From an uncultured Campylobacter sp. (lineage in GTDB: Bacteria; Campylobacterota; Campylobacteria; Campylobacterales; Campylobacteraceae): DNA of 64,000 nucleotides. The stretch lies in contig NZ_CAJPRT010000007.1 in NCBI RefSeq assembly GCF_905373215.1, positions 30,685-94,684 of the forward strand, given 5' to 3'. Position numbers and translations under genes: made by a program. Shown in pieces: positions 40,589 through 50,829 of the stretch (the first letter of the stretch is position 1; every line of letters begins with the position of its first letter). The notes below the pieces were generated by a model. That model saw nothing but the letters and a program-made list of their open reading frames with translations, was not told the origin of the DNA and did no database searches.

Positions 40589-42562
40589 CTAGATCAAGAA
40601 ATATCCGACGCCCAGTATCGCGCAAAGATAGATTAGGATGTAAAGCGTATATAAATTTGCATAGCCGCTTTGAATAATTCCTATCTTATCAGCGATCTTC
40701 TTACTCCAATCGATTACCGGTTGATAAATCATCGTCCACCAAATGTCTTGTGGGTGGTTGTGATACTCGATCGGTCCGAAGTAGCCGTTTTGCTCTATTC
40801 TGCGTTTATGACCTCTAAATAACCAGTCCATAATCTTTCTTAAATCGCCGGTAAAAGGACCGCCGGTCATTTGCATGCGAGGGCTATATTTAAAGCCGCA
40901 TGCCCAAGGATCAGTCTCGCGAGGTTTGTCACGATTTGCTTTCATAACCGCTAGGATGATAAACGGAAGCAGCATTGTAGAGCACAAAATCACTGCAATA
41001 AGAGGAGTTGAGACGATACTTCCCAAAGGCGAAGTGATTGACGAAGCGCCTAGGCTTGCGGCATATCCGCTATTGGAAGTGATAGAATTTACCGCCTGCA
41101 TTATGTAATCTACTATGAAGTGCGCGCCTACGCCAAATCCTACGCAGCCTATCATCAAAATGATCATTCCTAAAACCATTCCTAATGGGCTTTCTTTCGC
41201 ATTTTCCCAAATTTTTTCATCCCTTGGGGTTCCTGCGAAGATTACCGCATAAAGCTTAAGGTGCATACCGACCAAAACGCCGGTAAGTGCAAGAGCGACC
41301 ACTGCTAAAGAGAAGGCGTATCTAATGAAAATTCCGCTTTCCTTAGCACCTTGAAGCATTCCTTGATAGGTAAACCACTCTGAGACGAAGCCGTTTACCG
41401 GAGGAAGCGCTGCGATACCCATGATGCCGATAAACATACCGACAGCAGTTAGAGGCATTTTTTTAGCTAGACCTCCTAGCACATCCATATTTTGCGTATG
41501 AGTAGCGTGGATTACTGAGCCTGCGCATAAGAATAAAAGGCCTTTGAATATTGCGTGGTTTACTACGTGGTAGCAGCCTGCTAAAAATCCGACTGCAGCT
41601 AGCGTTACATTGCCTGCTGCGACGCCGTAAATTCCGGTGCCAAGACCCAGCAAGATAATGCCGATATTTTCAACCGAGTGGTACGCAAGAAGCGCTTTGA
41701 AGTCGTGCTGGCACAACGCGTATAAAACGCCGAAAAGCGAGCTGGCTGCTCCTAGGATCAAAACTGCAAGTCCAAAATAGATGCTTAGCGGCAAAAATAA
41801 CGTAAATTTAACAAGCGTAAAGAGCGCTACTTTAATCATAACGCCGCTCATCAGTGCAGAGACATTCGATGGAGCCGCAGGGTGAGCTTGCGGTAGCCAA
41901 ACGTGAAAAGGCCACATTCCCGCTTTTGAGCCGAAGCCGATCAAAAACAAGATGAATGCTGCTACAGAAGCGCCCATAGGCATATTTACTTTTCCCCACT
42001 CTGCAAATTCGAAGCTGCCTGCGTAGTTTGCAATGATAAGTAATCCACAGGTGATACAAAATGCACCGATCTGCGCTATACCTAGATATACCATAACGGC
42101 TTTTAGCGTGCCTTTGCCGTCGTTTACTATGATTAGAAATGACGAGATTAGTGTCATAAGCTCCCATAAAACAGCGAAGCAAAATACATTATCTGCGCTG
42201 ATGACTAAAAGCATAGATAAGATGAATGTATTAAATAAACATGCAAAAACGCCGATATTTGCCTTTCCGATATATTCCTCAGCATAGCTCATACCGTAAA
42301 CGCTGCTTGCAAAACCTATAAAAACGACTACGAAGCTAAAGAAATTTCCAAGCGGGCTTAAAGCAAATTTTGGCGCATATAAGAAAGTGCCGCCCAAAAC
42401 GAAGCTGTCGCTTACGCCCATATTGGCTACGAAATGACACATTGCATAAAAACAGCTGATAGCACCTAATCCAAATCCAACCTTAACGGCAGTTTTTGGA
42501 GCGCAGTATAAAAGAATACTGATTACTGCACTGACGATAAATAAAGTATAGACGCTTATCAT
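40589..42562 (-). CDS. hyfB: Hydrogenase-4 subunit B (HycC-like antiporter subunit)
   Basis: WELM, KAGMWPFHVWLPQAHPAAPS and LLAYHSVENIG motifs; ATG at 42562 overlaps the hyfA stop. Confidence 0.92.
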   Translation of the reverse strand: MISVYTLFIVSAVISILLYCAPKTAVKVGFGLGAISCFYAMCHFVANMGVSDSFVLGGTFLYAPKFALSPLGNFFSFVVVFIGFASSVYGMSYAEEYIGKANIGVFACLFNTFILSMLLVISADNVFCFAVLWELMTLISSFLIIVNDGKGTLKAVMVYLGIAQIGAFCITCGLLIIANYAGSFEFAEWGKVNMPMGASVAAFILFLIGFGSKAGMWPFHVWLPQAHPAAPSNVSALMSGVMIKVALFTLVKFTLFLPLSIYFGLAVLILGAASSLFGVLYALCQHDFKALLAYHSVENIGIILLGLGTGIYGVAAGNVTLAAVGFLAGCYHVVNHAIFKGLLFLCAGSVIHATHTQNMDVLGGLAKKMPLTAVGMFIGIMGIAALPPVNGFVSEWFTYQGMLQGAKESGIFIRYAFSLAVVALALTGVLVGMHLKLYAVIFAGTPRDEKIWENAKESPLGMVLGMIILMIGCVGFGVGAHFIVDYIMQAVNSITSNSGYAASLGASSITSPLGSIVSTPLIAVILCSTMLLPFIILAVMKANRDKPRETDPWACGFKYSPRMQMTGGPFTGDLRKIMDWLFRGHKRRIEQNGYFGPIEYHNHPQDIWWTMIYQPVIDWSKKIADKIGIIQSGYANLYTLYILIYLCAILGVGYFLI

Positions 42563-43158
42563 TTTGCGCCTCCTTCTTTTTTGGCGACGCAACTGATTTC
42601 GCCGTTTAACACGTCTTTTGCAAAAGCATTAGCCGCATCGTAGTCTATCGCAAAGCCCAATTTATGCTTACCCTCTTTAGGATCTATCATAATGATAGCG
42701 CTAGTTGGGCAAACCTCGACGCATGCAGGACCATTCTCGCGTCCGTTGCATAGATCGCATTTGATGGCGGTGCTTTTGGCACCCGCTTGGCTTTCGATCT
42801 CGAGATAATACTTCGGCTCGACCGCATAATTTACTGACGGCATAAGCTCGGCATTCGAGCTGATCGCGCCATAAGGACAGGCGAGCGTACACATCTTGCA
42901 TCCGATGCAAATTTCTTCGTGTAATTCGATATAGTTATTATCGAAGCGAAGCGCACCGGTAGGGCAGACATTTGCGCATGGTCCGTCATCGCACTGCCTG
43001 CACTGCGTAGGCATAACGCCGTAAGCCTGTCTAAGCACGGTAAGTCGCGATTTAGCAAGCTTGCCGCGCTCGTAGGCACTTGAGTAACAGGCTGCCATGC
43101 ACGTCGTGCAACCGATACATCGTTTGTAATCGCAGATTACAAATTTATGTTGTTTCAT
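42559..43158 (-). CDS. hyfA: 4Fe-4S electron-transfer subunit (HyfA/HycB)
   Basis: Four ferredoxin motifs: CIGCTTCMAAC, CRQCDDGPCANVCP, CIGCKMCTLACP, KCDLC...PACVEVCP. Confidence 0.9.
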   Translation of the reverse strand: MKQHKFVICDYKRCIGCTTCMAACYSSAYERGKLAKSRLTVLRQAYGVMPTQCRQCDDGPCANVCPTGALRFDNNYIELHEEICIGCKMCTLACPYGAISSNAELMPSVNYAVEPKYYLEIESQAGAKSTAIKCDLCNGRENGPACVEVCPTSAIIMIDPKEGKHKLGFAIDYDAANAFAKDVLNGEISCVAKKEGGAK

Positions 43159-43214
43159 ACCTTTCTCCTTGACTTAAGGAATTTTAAAAATTTTTTACTA
43201 AAAATTTTGGTGTA

Positions 43215-43257
43215 ATTATATTTAAGTACGTAAAAAAAATCCGTCATTTATCTGACG
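43215..43257 (-). promoter_or_regulatory. hyf operon promoter: TATAAT -10 plus Crp/Fnr-type palindrome CGTCA-N6-TGACG
   Basis: -10 at 43220-43215; palindrome at 43242-43257, centred about 41.5 nt upstream of the inferred +1 (about 43208). Confidence 0.65.
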
Positions 43258-43487
43258 ATATTTGGAATTTATTTGATAAATTTGCTTTAAAAGCTTAAAT
43301 TTAAAAACTAATTTCTTTTTTAAACCGCTTCGTTGATTATTTGCTTTAAAAGTCTAGTATATCAGTATTAAAGTATATTTTAAAATTTAAATTACTACTG
43401 AAATTACCCCAACTTACTCCTAATTATAATTGAAAAAATTCTTTTAGCTTAAGGCAAAATTTCAATTTTATTTTAGGTAAGAATTTA

Positions 43488-43493
43488 TATAAT
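43488..43493 (+). promoter_or_regulatory. Candidate -10 for fdhF
   Basis: TATAAT in an AT-rich spacer about 60 nt before the ATG. Confidence 0.45.
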
Positions 43494-43552
43494 TGTGCCG
43501 AAATTGCATATATGGTAATTTTGCATGTTTAGTATTTTCGAAAGGAGAAAAT

Positions 43553-45820
43553 ATGGCGAATAAAGGCAAGGTCATATGCCCTTATTGTGGCACAGGCTGT
43601 CAAATCGAGCTGACTGCGGAAGATAATTATATCAAATCCGCAACCGGCGTAAGCGACAACCCCGTAAATCAGGGTTGTTTATGTTTAAAAGGTTATTACG
43701 GATGGAATTACGTAGGCTCTAGAGATAGGCTTACTACTCCGCTAATTCGTAAAAAGAATGGCAAATTTAGTAAAGACGGCGATTTGGTCGAGGCTAGCTG
43801 GGACGAAGCGCTTGATTTGGTTGCTAAAAAGATGCTCGAGGTTAAAGAAAAATACGGCGCCGACGCGATAGCCGGAAACTATTCCGCACGCTGTACGCAT
43901 GAGGATAACTACGTAGCGCAGAAGCTACTTAGAATTTTAGGCACGAATAATATCGATCACTGCGCGCGCATTTGACACGCTCCGACTGTGGCAGGTCTTG
44001 CCAAAACAATCGGTAACGGAGCGGCTACAAATAGCTTTACTGAGATCGGAACTCACAGTAATTGCATTATGATGATCGGCTCAAACCCGGAAAATGGTCA
44101 CCCGATCGTAGCTATGCATGTTCAAAGAGCGCTAAATAGAGGCGCTAAACTCATCGTAATTGACCCGGTTAAGACGGAATTTGCAAATCGCGCAGATATC
44201 CACCTCCAGCTTGAGCCGGAGCATAATATCCCAGTCATCAATGCTCTAATTCATGCTATTATCGACGAGGATTTGGTAAATCACGAATTCGTTGAGAAAT
44301 ACACCAAGGGTTTTGAATATGTAAAAGAGGCGGTTAAGGATTATTCGCCTGAAGCCGTAGCCAAATACACTAGGTTAAACGCTGAAGATATTAGAAAAGC
44401 GGCTAGAATTTACGCTACTACGCGACCTGCGGTTATCACGCACGGCATGGGCGTAACTCACTTCAACCACGGCGTGGGCGCGGTCTGCGACATTTCAAAT
44501 TTAATGCTCGTAACGGGTAACGTAGGCGAGCTAGGCAGTGGCGATCTACCGATCCGCGGACAAGAAAACGTTCAAGGCTGCTGCGATATGGGAATGCTTC
44601 CTAACGTATTTACCGGCTATAAAGCCGTAACCGACGAGAGTGCCCGTGATTGGTTTGAGCGCCAGTGGAATTTACCAAAAGGTCATCTAAACGGCAAGAT
44701 CGGCATTCATAAAACCGAAGTGCCTGACGCAATTCTTGATGGTAGGGTAAAATTCTTCTGGACGATGGGCGAAAATCCAGTTATGACCGATCCGAACGCA
44801 AACCACTTCTTGCGCGCGATTTCGCAGGTAGAGATGTATGTGATCCAAGATATTTTCTTAACCGAGACTAGCCGCAAAGCAGATGTCGTGCTTCCTGGAG
44901 CCTGCAGCGGTGAGAAGGAGGGCACTTATGCTAATGCAGAGCGCCGCGTACAGCATAGCGAGATTGTAGTTGCCCCTCCGGGACAAGCTAGACAAGACTG
45001 GGCTATCATCTGCGAGCTTGCCAGACGCCTAGGTCTAGGGGATTATTTCACATTTCAATCTCCAGAGCAGATTTGGGAAGAGGTGCGCAGGGTAGCTCCG
45101 CACAACTATGGCGGAATGAGCTATTACCGCATCAAAAAATACCACGGACTTCACTGGCCGTGCCCTGATGAGAATTCTATGGGTGGACCTGCATTGTATC
45201 TTGATAAAAAATTCTTTACCCCGGACGGTAAAGGAAATTTCGTTCCGGTTCTATTTGTGGACGATAAGAGCAAGATCGAAAGCGCCAAAGAGGAATTTGC
45301 AAAGCGTATGAATATGCCGAAAGATTATCCTGTAATGGCGGGCTCCGTGGACGAGAAGACCGATGCAGAGTTCCCAATCCAGCTTCTAACTACGCGTAAG
45401 GTTTACGAGTACGCAGGAGGCGCGATGACTAGGCGCTCTAAGACCGTCGAGCAGGGCGGCGACGCGATAGGACCGATTGCGGAAATGAATCCGAAACTCG
45501 CTGAGAGATATGGAATTTCACAGGGCGATTTCATCGTCGCGTGGAGCCGCTATGGCTATATCGCGATCAGGGCAGACATCACCGAGTGTATAATGGATGG
45601 TATCATTCAGATGTCTTATCACTACTGGGAGAGCTGCTGCAACGAGCTAACCAGCGGCGGCTGGGATCTAATCGCCAAAACGCCTACGTTTAAGGCAGCG
45701 ATTCAGATTAAAAAGATCGATGAAGAGGAATTTTTGCGTATCCGCGAGCTTAAGCGCATTAAATTTCAAACCAATAAAGTCGTTTACGACGACTTCCACC
45801 ACCATCCGATTAAATTCTAA
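43553..45820 (+). CDS. fdhF: Selenocysteine-containing formate dehydrogenase H, alpha subunit (755 aa, Sec141)
   Basis: Two ORFs joined in frame through TGA 43973-43975 in NNIDHCARI-U-HAPTVAGL; CPYCGTGC Fe-S motif and RGQENVQG; no Tat signal; AAGGAG SD. Confidence 0.93.
43976..44023 (+). promoter_or_regulatory. Bacterial SECIS element
   Basis: GGCA-GGTCT-TGCC apical hairpin (43990-44002), similar to the E. coli fdhF SECIS; outer CGCTCCG/CGGAGCG stem. Confidence 0.85.
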
Positions 45821-45837
45821 GAATTTAATCTTATCCG

Positions 45838-45871
45838 TAGATTCGGGGGCTATGCTTCCGAATCTATTTTT
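45838..45871 (+). terminator. Intrinsic terminator after fdhF
   Basis: TAGATTCGGGGGC-TAT-GCTTCCGAATCTA then TTTTT. Confidence 0.8.
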
Positions 45872-46437
45872 AACAATCAATTCAAATAATATGAAATTTT
45901 TAGCGATCTAGCCGTCTTGCAATATTTTAAAGATCAAAAATTTCAAGAATTTAATAAATTCCGCGGTATTAATATGCTTTTGTGGCGTAGTTGCGCTATC
46001 GACAAGAGGGTGTGAAATTTATCTGCTATTGCGTTAATAGATGCGGCGGCAGAGACTGGGCATTCGCGATTTATCAAATCCTAATAAATTAGCCTTAATT
46101 AGAGCGGCGCAATGGAGTAAATTTTAAAGATAAGCATGATAATAAGACTATTTTATCGCGACAAATCTTACCAAATTACATTATTGATTAAATTTTAACG
46201 TGTGCAGGCTGATTTTATGCGAATTAGCCTATATTGTTGCCAAGAAATGCCATAATTTTAATAACGCAAATGCAATTTTTGTGATTTTAATATATAAATG
46301 CAAAAGGCTCATAGGCTTTTTAAAACGCTAGACGCGGCTTTTAGTCTTAATGGTTGCAAATGCCGGTTTCTAGCATAGCTGAGTAGTTTCGCGCTTCGTT
46401 TGAAATCAATAAATTTTGATTTTAAAATTTTAGATTT

Positions 46438-46476
46438 AAAATTCCGAATTCCGTCGTACTTGGAATTCGGAATTTT
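46438..46476. repeat. Perfect 15-bp inverted repeat made of RAATTY units
   Basis: AAAATTCCGAATTCC-9nt-GGAATTCGGAATTTT. Confidence 0.8.
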
Positions 46477-46773
46477 TAGAATTTTGTTTTATCGCGTGTT
46501 TTTAGCGTTTTATTTTCACGCGGGAGCCCTTTGCTGCGCCAGATCGCGCCGCTTGCGATGTTAAAGCTATTGTGCCAAAGCTTCTGCCTTTCTTGCGGAC
46601 GAGATTTATGAACTAGGCTCTGATATTGAAGTTATTGCGCCAAAGCTGCTGCGGCAGAATTCCATCTACTTTATGCAAAAGTAGTTAAAATTTCTGCCGC
46701 TTGCCGCTCCTGAGCTATTTATTGCGCCGGTCTGTTCGTCGCGCCTTAATTTTTATCGCTCGCAGCACCCGCT

Positions 46774-47967
46774 TTACTTTGTCGCGCCTAAATTTTTGCC
46801 GTCCGTCGCGTTAGAATCGCTTGCAGCGCTGTGATTTTCGCTGCTTGCAGAATCCGAGTTTGTCGTACCGCTAGAGCCTGTGGAGATTGGATTTGCTGCA
46901 CTTTCACCCGCGATGCCACTTACGTTATTTATGTAGGCTACGGTGCTTATTTTATTCCATTCTCTACCGATTTTCAAAAACGCGCGCTGGCTGTCTAGGA
47001 TCTCTTTAAACATCGGATCTTTCGCCGCTTCTTCGTCTAAGATTTCATTCGTTGCTTTTTTAAGCGCGGTTATCACGTCCGCAGGGAAGTCGCGCACCTG
47101 CACATCCGGAAACTGCGCTTTTAGCTCCGCCCAAATGCGAGCGTTTTCGTAAAAGCCCTTATTTTGGAAGTTTTCACCAGCAAGTCTTGCTGCAGCCTCT
47201 AAGATCGCTTGAAGATCCGCAGGCAGCTTCTCTAGCGCCTTTTGATTTACCAGCAGCTGGCAGTCTCCCATAGGCTCTTGCCAGCCTGTGTAGTAGTATT
47301 TAGCCACTTTGTGAAATCCAAGTGGCATATCATAGACAGGGCTTACCCACTCGACCGCGTCGATCGTGCCCATCTCTAACGCCATAAATAGCTCGCCCGT
47401 AGGCACCGTGTTTATAGTGGCACCCAGCTTGCTCATCACCTCTCCGCCTAGCCCCGGTATGCGGAATTTAAGCCCTTGCAAATCCGCGACTGAGTTGATC
47501 TCTTTTTTAAACCAGCCGCCCATTTGCATGCCGGTAGATCCCATCAAAAAGGTCTTCATGCCGTATTGCGCGAACATCTTATCGTTAAGCTCTCGCCCAC
47601 CACCATAGTAATACCATGCGTGCTGCTCATCAGTAGTCATACCGAAAGGCACTGCCGTCCAGAGCATAGTTTTGGCGTCTTTGCCTTTATAATAATAAAG
47701 CGAAGTATATCCTAGATCGTATTGACCGCTTTTGACGAAGTCGAATACGCCAAAGCTTGACTTGTGCTTGCTCGGCGTATCGATGCGGATCTGAAGCCTG
47801 CCGCCACTAAGGCTTTCGGCATAGTTTTTAAAATCCTCGGCGGCAGCTCCCAAAACGGGCGTAGTCGCCTCCCACGTACTAGCAAGTCTTAGGCGATATA
47901 CCTTATCGTCACCGAAAAGCTGCGAGCCCAAAAGCATGAGACATGCAAACAAAAAAATCTTTTTCAT
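46774..47967 (-). CDS. dctP: TRAP transporter substrate-binding protein
   Basis: Signal peptide; QMGGWFKKEINS..DLQGLKFRIPG and DAVEWV.P motifs; start at ATG 47967. Confidence 0.9.
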   Translation of the reverse strand: MKKIFLFACLMLLGSQLFGDDKVYRLRLASTWEATTPVLGAAAEDFKNYAESLSGGRLQIRIDTPSKHKSSFGVFDFVKSGQYDLGYTSLYYYKGKDAKTMLWTAVPFGMTTDEQHAWYYYGGGRELNDKMFAQYGMKTFLMGSTGMQMGGWFKKEINSVADLQGLKFRIPGLGGEVMSKLGATINTVPTGELFMALEMGTIDAVEWVSPVYDMPLGFHKVAKYYYTGWQEPMGDCQLLVNQKALEKLPADLQAILEAAARLAGENFQNKGFYENARIWAELKAQFPDVQVRDFPADVITALKKATNEILDEEAAKDPMFKEILDSQRAFLKIGREWNKISTVAYINNVSGIAGESAANPISTGSSGTTNSDSASSENHSAASDSNATDGKNLGATK

Positions 47968-48779
47968 TTCTATCCTTTCATAAAGTTTTAAATTCATAAA
48001 ATTTCAAAATTTAGCGCGACGTCTGCTTAAAATTTAATCGCGCTCTGCGTTACTGCTACGAAATTCTGCTTCACGGTGCCTATTTTATCGACACGTTGCT
48101 TTCTATTCTATTTTACGACGCTTCATCTTATCGGCGCCTTGCTTTGCAAATATCTTATTTTGCGACATTTTACTTCTTAGCGCCCCGCCCAAGCTTTTTA
48201 TTTTACGGTGCCTGGCTTTGCGACGATAGAGTGCCGCGTTCGTTTAATTTCGCTACGTTCGGATGTTACCACACCTGCACCATATCTAGCGATAATATTT
48301 TATCAAGCGCGCTTGCTTAAAAGCCTCTGGCGCGGATCTTTTTCTCTTAGAAATGACAAAAGTATCTTAAAATGCCATCTTTGCGCTTTTGCAGATAAAA
48401 TTCTCTCTTCCTTTCAAAGCGAGCTTTGTCATTTCAGCAAGCTTAGACGCTACGCCATTTCTTTGATCTTAGACAGCAGAATCGTGCTTTTAAATTTAAA
48501 ATTCCGCAATCTACGTGATCTTCGCGCCACACTGGCAAGTAAAGATTTAGCCTTTATATTTAAATTTTGCGCCTTAGTTGAGCGCAAAATTCCGCGCGGA
48601 GTTTTGATGCAAATTCTGTGCGAAGCCTAGATTAGAATTTTAAGCAAAGCTGCCCCATATTGCCTAAAATTTTTGCAAAATTCCGTGCCGCAAAATGCAC
48701 TTAAAATTTTGAATTTGCTATTGCGCGGAATTTTCTTAGCGTAAATTCTAAGCCTTGAAATTTTGCTCTTGTTTGACAG

Positions 48780-49030
48780 CATAAAATTTTAAAACAAAAT
48801 TCTGCAGCCCCATGCCTTAAAATTTTATTCGCAAAGCCTGCTTGCTAAATTTTAAAATTTTAAGTCTAAACCCGTAAAATTCCGTATTTTGCATTTTAGA
48901 AATTCTATTTCGCAAAATTTTATCTCGCAGATTTCGCTCTATAAATTTCCGCGCTAAATGAAATTTTACTCCGCATAGTTTGCGCTTCGTAGAATTATAG
49001 CTCGCAAAATTTTGCTTAAAATTCCGCGAG
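48780..49030. repeat. RAATTY-dense degenerate array (about 15-bp period)
   Basis: 12 RAATTY sites counted by eye in about 250 bp. Confidence 0.7.
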
Positions 49031-49273
49031 CTAGTCCTTATTTTCGAATAGTTCCGCGTGTTTGCCGCGTAAAAACTCGACCACGGCGATCGCTTCATCC
49101 GCGCCGCTAGCGTCAGAGTTCGCAAGCACTGTGTCGATGTTTTCGATGTATAGCTGCGCCGCATCAGCGAGCCGCTCGCGTTTCACGCCCGCGTAGAGCA
49201 GCATCGCGTCAAGCAGGATATTAATCTCGTAGATGAGATCCTGCTCGGCGATTTTTTCGTCATTATTTTTCAT
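49031..49273 (-). CDS. Small hypothetical protein
   Basis: Overlaps the upstream gene end; helical, natural-looking composition. Confidence 0.7.
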   Translation of the reverse strand: MKNNDEKIAEQDLIYEINILLDAMLLYAGVKRERLADAAQLYIENIDTVLANSDASGADEAIAVVEFLRGKHAELFENKD

Positions 49274-50315
49274 CTTCTTCCTTTGAAATTTGGGTTTTTT
49301 TCTCGATTAGATCCACGATTTGCGCCTTTACGGCTTCGTACGAGCTCGCGTCCTTAAAGCCCGCAAACATCCCGCCGCTCGCGTTTACGTGCCCGCCGCC
49401 GCCGAGGAGCAGCTTTGCCATTTCGCTTACGTCGATCTTGCCGTCGGCGCGGAAGCTGAGGGTTTTTTTGCTCGTTACGTCGATAAAGAAATCAATATCG
49501 GGGTTTTGCGTCAAAAAGTCGTTGCCGATGACGCTTACGTTGCCGATATTGTAGGTCAAAATGCCCTTTTTACCGAGGTAGCTGATCTCAAAGCGCTGCT
49601 TTTGCGCGCTTAGGCGGGCGACTACGAAATGCGAGACGAGATTGCTTAGCGTATCGTCGCGCTCGCCTTTAAAAAATTCCTTCTTTATGCCGTGCAGCGC
49701 GCTATCTAGCGCTATGTGCGCATTCGGCTCGTCTTGAAATTTAAAAATTTTTTCTAACAGGAAAAAGATATAATCCCTGCTCTCCCGCTCAAACATAATT
49801 TTATTGATCTCTTTCGCGCCCGAGACCATGCCGAGGCAGACCTTACCGAGCTCAAACTCGCTCTGCTCCTTCAGCCAGATATCCACGGCGTTTACGACGC
49901 GCACGAGCTTATCCAGCCGCGTCTCGCCGCCGAACATCGCGCTGAAAAAATCATACGTTATCTTCGTGGCGCAGCGCGACGAGTCCAAAAAATACCACGG
50001 GAATTTCTTCGCGCACTCAAGTCCGCTTTGATGGTGATCCAGAAGGATCACGCGGGCGTTGCGGCGCGCCAGTTCACCGCTAAATTTCTCGCACTGCGCG
50101 GGTAGTAAATTTAGATCGGTGATTAAAACTAGGCTTTTTTCGTCTGCGTCTGCGGCAAGCCGCTCATCAATGCGCTCGAGGATGAGCTCAAATTTTTCGT
50201 TTATCTCCTTGCCGTAGTTGGCGTTGAAAAATTCCACGTCCGTCAAATAGTGCGCCGCGACGAACTGCGCGCCGTAGCCATCCAGATCGGTGTGGCTTAG
50301 GTGATATATTTTCAT
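49263..50315 (-). CDS. DHH family phosphoesterase
   Basis: SHTDLDG, ITDL, LLDHH and GGGHVNASG motifs. Confidence 0.92.
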   Translation of the reverse strand: MKIYHLSHTDLDGYGAQFVAAHYLTDVEFFNANYGKEINEKFELILERIDERLAADADEKSLVLITDLNLLPAQCEKFSGELARRNARVILLDHHQSGLECAKKFPWYFLDSSRCATKITYDFFSAMFGGETRLDKLVRVVNAVDIWLKEQSEFELGKVCLGMVSGAKEINKIMFERESRDYIFFLLEKIFKFQDEPNAHIALDSALHGIKKEFFKGERDDTLSNLVSHFVVARLSAQKQRFEISYLGKKGILTYNIGNVSVIGNDFLTQNPDIDFFIDVTSKKTLSFRADGKIDVSEMAKLLLGGGGHVNASGGMFAGFKDASSYEAVKAQIVDLIEKKTQISKEEDEK

Positions 50316-50725
50316 TTGCGCTCTTTGCCGATGATGTTTGCTAGCGTGATCGTATCCATATACTCATCGACCTTCTCCTGAAGCTCGCCGAACATTAAAT
50401 TGACGCGGCACAGCGTGCGACCGTTCGGGCAGGCGTCGATCCCCTCGGCGGTGCAGTCAAATACCGTCGCCTTGCGTCTTTCGGCGCTTTTGATGATCTC
50501 GCTTAGCGTGATCTCGTCCGCATTGCGCGCGAGCACGAAGCCGCCCTTGGCGCCTTTGAAGGAATTCAAAAGTTTCGCGCGAGCTAAATTTTGTAAAATT
50601 TTAGCCAAAAAGCTGCGTGAAATTCCAAGCTCGCTAGAGATCGAATCGACATCCATCGATTCCTCCTTGCCCGCGATGCAGATCATTGAAAGTAGGGCGT
50701 ATTCGCTTGCTTTTGTAAAAAGCAT
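50312..50725 (-). CDS. Rrf2 family transcriptional regulator (3 Cys)
   Basis: TKASEYAL, FLAKILQNL and SFKGAKGGF motifs; C-x7-C-x6-C. Confidence 0.92.
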   Translation of the reverse strand: MLFTKASEYALLSMICIAGKEESMDVDSISSELGISRSFLAKILQNLARAKLLNSFKGAKGGFVLARNADEITLSEIIKSAERRKATVFDCTAEGIDACPNGRTLCRVNLMFGELQEKVDEYMDTITLANIIGKERK

Positions 50726-50792
50726 TTATTCTCTCCTTTGGTGTCAAAGCGTGCATTTTACACAAAGAAAGCAAAAATTTAGGTTAATTAAG

Positions 50793-50798
50793 TATAAT
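50793..50798 (+). promoter_or_regulatory. -10 element of rpsO
   Basis: ttaagTATAAT; AGGAGG SD downstream. Confidence 0.6.
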
Positions 50799-50829
50799 CG
50801 CTTCCTATTTTACCGATCAGGAGGTCATA

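Noticed and set aside
43493..45820. fdhF as a split gene or pseudogene
   Set aside because: The in-frame TGA is at the catalytic Sec position and has a SECIS
48096..48630. ORFs 48096-48320 and 48208-48630, and an 11-bp inverted repeat (gaaatgacaaa/tttgtcatttc)
   Set aside because: No SD or domain; the IR is short with a ~65-nt gap and no target duplication, so it is compatible with chance
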